Assembly (NCBI GenBank): GCA_965240325.2
Contig: OZ251252.1
Coordinates: forward strand, 806,001-870,000
From: Rebecca billardiae RCC1528
Lineage: Eukaryota > Protista > Haptophyta
Direction: 5' to 3'
Length of the DNA stretch: 64,000 bases
Positions 55,591 to 64,000 of this stretch are shown here, piece after piece. A model generated the notes under the pieces. That model had not been told where the DNA came from and ran no database searches. It was given only the letters and a program-made list of their open reading frames with translations. Numbering within the stretch: position 1 is the stretch's first letter; every line of letters starts with the position of its first letter. The position numbers and the translations under genes are program-made.

Positions 55591-56888
55591 AACGGGCCGC
55601 GAGAATCCGAGACCGACGCCACCGACGGTCTCAAGTGAAAGTGATGGCTGACAGTGTGCTCAGCCAGGGCGTTTAGTCACGGGCGGCGAGTGCGGCTCGG
55701 TCAGACACCCGCAGTCCGGGCGTGAGTCCGGCGTGAGAGTGTTACATGTTACTGCTACGCTCGGCCCGTAACACTTTTCACGGGCGCGACGGGGGTGAGT
55801 AATAGTTAGAGGAATTGTTACCCGGGAGAAACTGGGGTCCTTGGTCCTGCCGGCACCGTGCTCGGGCGTCAGTATCGGTGGGCTCGAGCACGCGTGGTGA
55901 GGCGCTCGGAGCGGTCGACGGCCATGATCGGGCAGCGCACGGTGGGCGCAGGCCACGCGCACGCCAGCGCCCCGCGTGGCGTGGCTTCACGGGGCGCAGC
56001 CACCAGGAGACTGTGCTGCGACGAGCTCGGGCGCGCTCGGGCGCCGCTGCTCTGCATTTTCCCGAAAAATCGGTTTTCGTGCCCTCGACCGGCGGTATGC
56101 CGCCGGGGTGGCCGCAGCTGCGCTCGGAGCAGCGCGCACGGGCACCGCCGTGTGCGCCCGCCCGCTTTCGCCGCCGCCGAGCTCGAGCACAGCGCTGCGC
56201 GGGGCTGCGTAATGCCAACGGCGCATGATTTTTTGCCCGCGCCGAGCGCGCGTCGGCGCGCGCAGCGCGCTCAGGTGTGGCCTGCTACCAAGGTCTGTGC
56301 CACGATTCGACGCGCCTATGGTGCGCCGAATTTAGGCGCACCGCTTCAGAATTGTCCGATGATTCGACTAGTGGTGCGGACAACTTAAAACGTCACCCTG
56401 AGCAGTTTTCCGGCACTGTGTTAGCTGAAGCACCGCGAGTGTCAGCTAGTGACTAGCTAGTCGGATTTAGATCAGTTTACTGTGATGTCGGCTCCCGCCG
56501 GATTATAGGCGCCGGTAGTGACGACAGTGTGACCCGGACGCCGCGAACAGCAGTCAGAACAGACTCCGAAGGAGTCAGGTCGGCCGGCATTGGCCACCGT
56601 GCGGCGCCAGTAAACTACTCTATAGAGCCGGCATGTCATCGTCCCGGCACCGATGGCCGAATAACGCACCGCGCGGGACCGGGCCGCACGGATGCGGCCC
56701 GCGAGGCAGCGGTCCGACTCAGGTGCCTGCGAAGTGCCGGTAGTAGCTGCCTAACACTAGTGCTGACTGCGGGCCGGCCCGTCACTGCAGCGGCGCCAGC
56801 ACTCGCAGCGTGAGCAGCTTGGCGCGTGCGCGCAAAGGCGCGTGCGACGGTGCGCACCGCTTGGCTGCAGGCGGCACCGAGTCCTTCT

Positions 56889-57845
56889 TCAGGCGCAGCG
56901 TGCGATGATGTCGTTGAGGAGCGCGTCGCAAAAGTCGTCGCTTGTGAACGTGGGCGCCGCGGCGTCGCCGGGTAGGCACACGTTCGGCTGCCGTGCGGCG
57001 TGCGCAGAGCTCGTGTAGAGCTCCACGTCGCCGGCAGGTGAGCTCGGCGCCGTCGAGAGCGTGTTGAGCAGGGGCGGCGGCAACGGGTCGAACGGCACCG
57101 CGGTGTACGGCGGCTGCTGCTGCTGCTGCTGCAGGAGCAGCTGGTGGTGGTGGTGCCGGTCGGCGCCGAACATGGCCTTGGTGACGTCGTGCGGGCTGCC
57201 CGGAAAGACGCGCTGCGCGTCCTCAGCCTTCAGGGCGCGCTCTTGGACGGCGTGCTCGGGCACAGAGCGAGAGGGGCACGTCAGCTGGACGAGGCCGCTG
57301 TTCATCGCCGAAGCGAGCTCGCGCGCGAGCAGCGCGTGAAAGGGCGCGATCTGCGCGGCTCGCCACGCGAGCGCGTCGGCGGGCGCGGGCAGCGCGGTGG
57401 CGTCGGGCTGGGGACTCGCCCGATCTGGCACGACGACCAGCTGCGGCGTGTGCATGCTCGCGCGCGCAGTCGACGGCGCACTCGGCGCGGCGATCGGAGT
57501 CGCGGACACGGCCACGCGTGCGTCTGAGCGAGACGCGTCCGGCCGCGCGACGGCGGCCAGGGCCTGCGGCGCGAGGAGCGCGGGGAGCATGGCGGAGATC
57601 GGGCCCTCGAGCGTCGTGTTCGGTACGGCGTCCACGCCGTGCCGCTTGCGCAGGCGCTGCCGCTTGTTCTGGAACCAGATCCTGGCTTGGCGCGGGTGGA
57701 CGTTGAGCGACTTGGCGAGCGCATCGACCGTCAGCCGGTTGGGCATGTTCGACACGCTGAAGACGGACTCGAGGAGCAGCCGCTGCGCCGGGAGCGGCTT
57801 CCAGCGGTGCTTCACGTCCGCGTCAGATCGGCCGGCATCGGGCAT
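56889..57845 (-). CDS. Homeodomain protein paralog (Q50)
   Basis: KHRWKPLPAQRLLLESVFSVSNMPNRLTVDALAKSLNVHPRQARIWFQNKR; shares HG.DAVPN.T.EGP..AMLPA with the 47834 gene. Confidence 0.9.
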   Translation of the reverse strand: MPDAGRSDADVKHRWKPLPAQRLLLESVFSVSNMPNRLTVDALAKSLNVHPRQARIWFQNKRQRLRKRHGVDAVPNTTLEGPISAMLPALLAPQALAAVARPDASRSDARVAVSATPIAAPSAPSTARASMHTPQLVVVPDRASPQPDATALPAPADALAWRAAQIAPFHALLARELASAMNSGLVQLTCPSRSVPEHAVQERALKAEDAQRVFPGSPHDVTKAMFGADRHHHHQLLLQQQQQQPPYTAVPFDPLPPPLLNTLSTAPSSPAGDVELYTSSAHAARQPNVCLPGDAAAPTFTSDDFCDALLNDIIARCA

Positions 57846-58212
57846 GGTTCGGAGCCGAGAGCGTCGCGGGGGAGGAATCGAGCGGGGGAAGGGGCACGGA
57901 CGTGCGTCGCACCCTTTGCGTCTTGTTCGGCCTCGGACCGAACTCGACTACTCGAGAGTCGAGCAACCGAGTCCGAGGGGATGCATCCACGTCGCGGTCG
58001 CTCGGATTGCGTGCCCGCGTCGGTTCCTTCTCAGGCTTACTACTTATGTTACTCAGTTTCCCATTGAACTCTGAAAGGGTTGGTGCGCAAGTTCAGGCGC
58101 GCGGTCCTCCGAGATAAACTGAGATTGCACCCCAATATACTCAAGTTGCGATTCCACGAAATGAGAGCCTAAACTAGACTTGAGTAACACGATGAATATT
58201 GGTGGCAAGTTG

Positions 58213-59288
58213 ATATGGATGTTAAAACGCATAAATTCTGGAAACCCACGAGAACAAAGGCACGACTTCACGCTGGGGACCAGCCCGTCGCAGGCCTTTT
58301 TTTGACGCCCGGCTCACCACCGGTCGGCCCACCGGGTCACATAAGCGCAATTCGCGTACCCACTTACGCGCTCGATAGGACAAAAACCGCTCGTCGTTCG
58401 GTCAAAAGCCGCTCGTCGTTCGTCGCTTTGCGTACTCACATTCGCGCGAATCGCATCGGCCCATTCGTCGTGTCGCGAGTTCACACTTCACATTCACACG
58501 ATCCGTCACTTTCTCGCTAGACATTTCACGAGCAGAGGGGCGCGCTGATATTGGCACGCGGGTATCATCTTGCATTGGACTACGAGCATCGGAGCAACCG
58601 CGCCTCGCATCGACGACGTCCCGTGAAGGACGACAAGGCGAAGAGCCCACGCCATTCCAAGGGTCGCCCTTGCGATTGACGTCTCGTTCGGTCGCGCGAC
58701 GAGCGGCTCGCGTGCGGCGCCAAGCGAGAGACGCGGGGCGCGCGGCGGGCGCACGCGCGAGGCTGCCCACCACGCGCACGCACGCGACCCCGCCGGCTCG
58801 GGCGACACGCCGCCGCCTCAGCTCGAGCACGAGCGCGAGGCGTGGCGCCGGCTCGGTGGGCGGCGGACGGCTCGACCTGCACTGCGGTGCCAGCGGATGA
58901 AGCGGCAAGCCCGGCGGGCGCATACGCGCAGGTCCGCCCTCCACGCGCGAGCGCGCGCCTGCGTGTTCCACGAGCTGCAGCAGGCGGCCGCGGGCTGGTC
59001 GGCGGCCGGCGAGGTCGGCGGAGTGCCGCCCGGCCCGCGTTCTCGCTTGGGCGCGGGCCACACTCTCACTCACAGCGCGGGGCGTGGTGCTGCGGACGGG
59101 CCAGTCATTGCAGCGCGCACTCCGTGGTCAGACGTGCACACGCGCGCGCGTCGTCAGCCCCGCCGCTGCGCCCCTGTGGCGCCGTTGGCAGCGTCGGAAT
59201 TCCGAGCTCGGGCTACCGGCCCGGCGTGCCATCATGCGTTTCAGAAACAGGTTTCCAGCCCAAGTTGACGCGCAGCGCCAACCCATAT
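58213..59288. mobile_element. ~1.1-kb dispersed repeat, copy 2 (uninterrupted, inverted relative to copy 1)
   Basis: Reverse complement of 38022-39086 and 41121-41145, with scattered indels. Confidence 0.75.
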
Positions 59289-59865
59289 TAAGGAAGAGTT
59301 TTGAGAGGTCGGTACACTTGACCTCATGAGTTGAGCCACCAGTATCTGGCTTGATGGCTCATTCCCATTTTTCGTGGGTATTGGGTGCGATGGGTGATGA
59401 ATGGCAAGTGATATACTGATCATATCTAGCGTTTGGCGATCAGATTTGAACCAAAAGTCAGTAGCCCAATGAAATCCATTTTCGATCACATATTCACGTA
59501 GCGTTTGGTGATTGGATTACAGGCCCTAAGTCAGTAACCCATGATACCCATCCTCGATCACATCGACTTTTATGAGTACTTATTTGTACCCTGTAAGTAG
59601 CTCTTATATATTAATCATGCTGTGAGTCTCGTGCAAGAAACGAGAGCTACTCACATGGTACTCATGTTTTGCGAGGAGGTTCGCGAGCCACAACCAAGTT
59701 TGATGATGAGCACTGATTCTTGATCAAGTGGTGAGTTCCACCTTGCCGTTCCGGTTGGGGGCGTTCCCCGCGCGGGTCATGCGCCAATTAAAACTCACGC
59801 GCGAAAGCAAAGCGCGGAAAATGAAAACGTGCTTGGCGCGAAGGCGCGCTGGCAGCGTCGATGGG

Positions 59866-60763
59866 CGCTTGGCGCGCGCGCGGCGCGGCGCGCTGCGGCC
59901 TTCGAGTTGCCGTGCGAAGGCGGCGCGTTGCTTGAGTGGCATCGGAACATGGCCATGCTCCACACTGCGCCCCGCAGCTCGCTCTTCGTCGACTTCACCG
60001 CGCCTACGATCAGCGCGCATGCGAGCGTCGCCTCGGAATGAGCAGCCCTCGCCGGCCTCAGCCGTGAGCGCCCGCCTGGCGCGCGATGCCATCAACTCGG
60101 GGCACGAGCTGCGGCTGCGCGAGGAAGCATGCGCCTGCGCGCAAGCCGCGCCGCCTTGAGACACCGATCGTGAGCAGGGCATACCTTGCACGCAACTATT
60201 CTTCTTGCCCTTGCGAATGTCGCGGTGCCCTTGACAGGACTCCTCATCAGAGCATCGACTCAAGCATGGCATGACGGCAGCCACGCGCAGGCGATGCATA
60301 CAGATGTACACGAGTCGCTGCGCGCACAAGCAACCCGAAGACTCCTATTCATCGCTTCAGGGCGCTCACGATCTGTTGTTTCATCTCCACTGCATGCAAG
60401 GCTCGTGCAGGCTGATCGGCATTCGTCGACAGCCGTCTGAAGCTGCCTCAACGCTCACGATCGGTGTCTCAAGGCAGAGCGGCTTGCGCGCAGGCACATG
60501 CTTTCTCGCGCAGCCGCAGCTCGTGCCCCGAGCTGATGGCATCGCGCGCCAGGCGGGCGCTCACGGCTGAGGCCGGCGCGGGCTGCTCATTCCGAGGCGA
60601 CGCTCGCATGCGCGCTGATCGTAGGCGCGGTTAAGTCGACGAGGAGCGAGCTGCGAGGCGCAGTGCGGAGCATGGCCGTGTTCCGATGCCACGCAAGCGC
60701 CGTGCCGCCTTCGCACGTCAACTCGACGGCCGCAGCGCGCCGCGCCGCGCGCGCGCCAAGCGC
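59866..60763. repeat. Foldback with ~310-bp inverted arms (59866-60175 and 60453-60763)
   Basis: tggcatcggaacatggccatgctc...gccttgagacaccgatcgtgagc recurs reverse-complemented after a ~277-bp spacer. Confidence 0.85.
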
Positions 60764-61788
60764 TGGTGCGCCGCAGTCCGGGTCGGCGGCCGCCACTGGT
60801 GCTGAGTGGCGCAGCGCCAGTCCCAGGAGGGGTTTTCCCCCCCAGCGGGGCAAAACCCCTCGTGGAGCGTGTGGCAGGATCCCGGGAACGCCCTTGAAGT
60901 ACCAGTCTTAAAGTCGTACCAGTATTACGTGCGAGTTTGATGGGTGGTCGTCGCGCGCAGAAGCACGAGCCTCCCAGTACGCGCCGACATGCAACACGCT
61001 CGCCTGCCGAGCTGCGCACGGGTATCGATGCGCACGCGCCAGCACGGCGCGCCATGCTCGCGCCCAGCTAGCTGCCACACCCTTTCGAGCGCGCATGCGC
61101 GCGTGATGTGTAATGTGCGGCGCAGGCTGCGCCGCACACGCGCACCGCCATCGCGGACCGCGCTGGCCCATGTCCATGCGGCCACTGCAGAGGCGCTGAA
61201 CCCTGACTCACGCTTACTTGGACGAGCGGCCGGGCGCTGCAACAGGGCGCCGAGCCGCCCTTGCAGCGATCGTGCCAAAGGCTTGGCAGGAGGCCGACGT
61301 GCAAAGCGAGTGGCGCAACGGGACTGCCCGGTACGCGCATACACTCGCGCACGTTCACCCCACCAACCATACTGCCGTGCACGCGCGGAGCGCGTGGCGC
61401 CCGGTACCTGCCCTGCAGAGCCCCCGGGAAGCTGAGGCTCGCGGTGCGTGCCGCGTGCGTCGAGCAGGGCTTACTGGCTCAGCCGATGGCTGGAGGGCGA
61501 GTCCACGGAGCGTCTTGCGTGACGCACGCGGGCGCAATCCGACGCAGCGTACCAGCCGTAGCCACCCTAGCGCCCGTACCAGCGAGCTGTGTCCGCCTCT
61601 ATGATCGTCAGGGCGGCTGGGACGCCCCCACTCACGGAGCGGCGCCCGCTGCGGCCGCTGCAGCCGCGGAGCCGCCTGCCGCCTGCGCGCGAAATTGCGA
61701 AGCCTGTCGGCCCTGTCGCTGTGGCCTGTGGCCAGCCTGCCTGTGGGCCGGGCGGCCGGCGGAGGCGGGGCGCCGTCTCAAGCGCACG

Positions 61789-62103
61789 ATGGCGGACGTG
61801 ACTGCTGCGGAGTCGGGAGACAGTGCAGGATTCCAGCAACCCATCACGATTCACGTGAAGGCGCAGGACAATGCGCAGACGTCGTTCAAGGTGAAGATGG
61901 CCACGCCGATGAAGAAGCTCATGGACTCGTACGTGCAGCGCATGGGCGTGAGCCGCAACGACGTTCGGTTCACGTACGACGGCAGTCGCGTCATGGACAC
62001 CGACACACCAAAAACCCTAGACATGGACGATGGCGACTTGATCGACGTGTTCATCGAAATGAAGGGCGGCGGCCGTATTCGGCCATGGGCACCTCCCGTG
62101 TGA
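61789..62103 (+). CDS. SUMO: SUMO-like ubiquitin-related modifier
   Basis: ITIHVKAQD...SFKVKMATPMKKLMDSY...VRFTYDGSRV..TDTPKTLDMDDGDLIDVFIEMKGG plus a short pro-peptide. Confidence 0.9.
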   Translation: MADVTAAESGDSAGFQQPITIHVKAQDNAQTSFKVKMATPMKKLMDSYVQRMGVSRNDVRFTYDGSRVMDTDTPKTLDMDDGDLIDVFIEMKGGGRIRPWAPPV

Positions 62104-62262
62104 AGCCACCCGTCATCGACGTGTGGCGGCCCGGAACCGTGCGGACGCCGCGGCCCGGTCCGCGTCGCAGGACGCCGGGCGCGGGCCGTAACGGGGGCGC
62201 CAGAGTCCGCACGGCCGCACGGCAGCGCGCTCGCGGGCGGCTCGGTCTCAGCATTCATAAAC

Positions 62263-62290
62263 AGAGAGAGAGATAGAGAGCAGAGAGGGC

Positions 62291-62348
<58 letters not shown>

Positions 62349-62373
62349 GAGAGAGAGAGAGAGAGAGAGAGAG
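62263..62373. repeat. (GA)n microsatellite
   Basis: Interrupted GA run. Confidence 0.95.
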
Positions 62374-62786
62374 GGTGAGTGAGACTGACTGTAGGGGGGC
62401 CAAACCGCCCATTTAAAAATGAAAAGCAAAGTCGCGTCGCATTTTCGCTCCGCCCTCGGCCTCCAACCCCAGGCGAGTCCAACTACTACTAACTTCGGCC
62501 ACAACATCATCCACCAGCTGCTGACCAAGAACAGGCTACACCATCGTCCACCATGACCTGCCACTGACCAAGTAGGCGACGACATCATCCGCACCAGCTG
62601 CTGACCAAGTAGGGGACGGCCTGGCCGACGCCAACATGCTCACTCGCCTTTGATTTCGTACCCATGCACTTCCTGGTGGGCCTGACGACGTCCGGACGAC
62701 GACAACAACGACATCCGCCATGGGGACCAACACCAACGCGCTCACACCACTGCCACTGCTGCAAGCTTCGACCAGTACCACTACAG

Positions 62787-63627
62787 ACGAATCAGGAGAG
62801 CTGCGCCCTCGTGCCTGTGTCTTTAAATCATAGAATTGGTCCAGACCTCAGGATTTGGGAAACTCGGAAATTCAAAACCCGCCGCGTGCGCCGCGTGCGC
62901 CGCCACAGCCATCCGCCGCGAGGCGCCGCCGGCTGCCGCGCCGCCGCGGTCGTAGACGTGCACGCGGCGATGGCGCACGCCGTCGGGCAGAGGCATAGAG
63001 CCTTTCTGCGCCGCCCTGCGCCGGGCGACTCGCGTCTGCCCATCTTCTCCGCGCCTTGAGCCCGCACGGACGTGTGCGCCGCCTCTCACTTCAGCCGTGC
63101 TGTCATCCCCGCAAAGTATGCGCGCGCTGAGAGCAACCCGAGGCGCGCATCCCAGGAAGGCGTGAGCCATGTTACAGTACGGTCGTAGGCGCGCGCCATG
63201 GTGCCCAGTGGCTTCCCGCGCGTGCGTGCCTCTCTGCTGCCTCGGCAGGCAAGGCGCCCATGTCTCTGGCTGAACGTGGCGGCGGCGCAAGCTCGCGCTC
63301 GCGCGGGCCTCAAGCTGACCTTCCAGGTGCGAGGGCGCGAAGCGCTGCGCCACGCGCAAGCTACAGTAGTTCACCGCTTCGCTACCGCCCCGCTGCGTCC
63401 CATCGGAAGCTCTACTGGACATCGCGCGGCCTCGCCCTGGCGGCGGTAGGCGCGAGCGAGGTGGCGGGCGGCGGCGGCGTTCAGCTTGAGTCCGGGAGCG
63501 CGGCGCCCAGATTTCCACCCGGAAACCCACCTGGGGTGGGTTTTGGTTTTGGCTGGCAAATCCCGAGGTCTGGACCAATTCTATGATTTAAAGACACAGG
63601 CACGAGGGCGCAGCTCTCCTGATTCGT
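62787..63627. mobile_element. MITE-like element, 841 bp, with 71-bp TIRs
   Basis: acgaatcaggagagctgcgccctcgtgcctgtgtctttaaatcatagaattggtccagacctc(a/g)ggatttg at 62787-62857 and reverse-complemented at 63557-63627. Confidence 0.85.
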
Positions 63628-64000
63628 GGTTGGTAGGGTGGCGCGGAGCCTTTTTCTCGGACCTCGCTCGAAAATCGAGCTCCGACGCCTTCGGGCGCTC
63701 AGAGCTCGGTTCCGCTCCAGCACGAGCGGCCGGAGGCAGTGGACCGCCGCGCGCTCGCGACCTCTGAGACGCCGAGATGGTCTCGGGTGCGCGCGCGCGT
63801 GACGCTGGTGGGCGCTACTGACCCGTGCCTTTGCGCCACCAGCGGCTCACCACCCGCTTCTTGGCCACCTCGCGCCGTGCGCGGCGCGCGTCGGCCGGCT
63901 TGAATTGGTGCGCTGCGTACGCCCGCTACGCTACCGCACGGTGTGGCGCATGATCAACTCGGACCAATGAGATCGATGCTCGGACCAATCGTCCATGTAT

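Larger units (their letters stand above)
49846..56420. mobile_element. 6.6-kb CACAGTG...CACTGTG transposon-like element (2-bp TSD TT) carrying an AEP primase-polymerase
   Basis: Both ends read CACAGTGC.GGA-N12-GTGACG (49846-49875; reverse complement of 56391-56420), with TT on both flanks. End geometry matches the 39087 element. Confidence 0.75.

Noticed and set aside
38022-59288. Polinton/PLV provirus
   Set aside because: No pPolB, capsid, packaging ATPase or integrase is recognised; the interior holds ordinary host genes, some with introns.

Overview
Very GC-rich, compact eukaryotic genomic DNA with short GC-rich spliceosomal introns and TTAGGG-type interstitial repeats; a haptophyte-like alga is my inference, not something the sequence proves. 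About 1-26 kb is gene-dense, with many head-to-head pairs: cupin, class II histone deacetylase, PhyH-like 2OG-Fe(II) dioxygenase, RanBP2-type Zn-finger protein, GH27 alpha-galactosidase with an ShKT domain, TLC-domain protein and several secreted hypotheticals. About 26-64 kb is a mosaic of mobile DNA, duplicated transcription factors (two AP2/ERF-domain genes, two homeobox genes), uS10, an AKR7-type aldo-keto reductase and a SUMO-like gene. Three elements share CACAG...CTGTG ends and 2-bp target-site duplications: 26371-31935 (TSD AT), 39087-41120 (TSD CT, with its empty site visible at ~58250) and 49846-56420 (TSD TT). The standout is the last one. It has no visible transposase but carries an intronless NCLDV/herpes-clade AEP primase-polymerase gene (53900-55153). 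That gene sits between ~0.45-kb inverted repeats and arrays of ~99-bp units full of GTAAC motifs (12 left, 2 right), so it is a candidate primase-encoding, possibly self-replicating, mobile element. A non-autonomous TOC1/PAT-type split-direct-repeat retroelement with a G-U-rich hairpin array is nested inside the first transposon.
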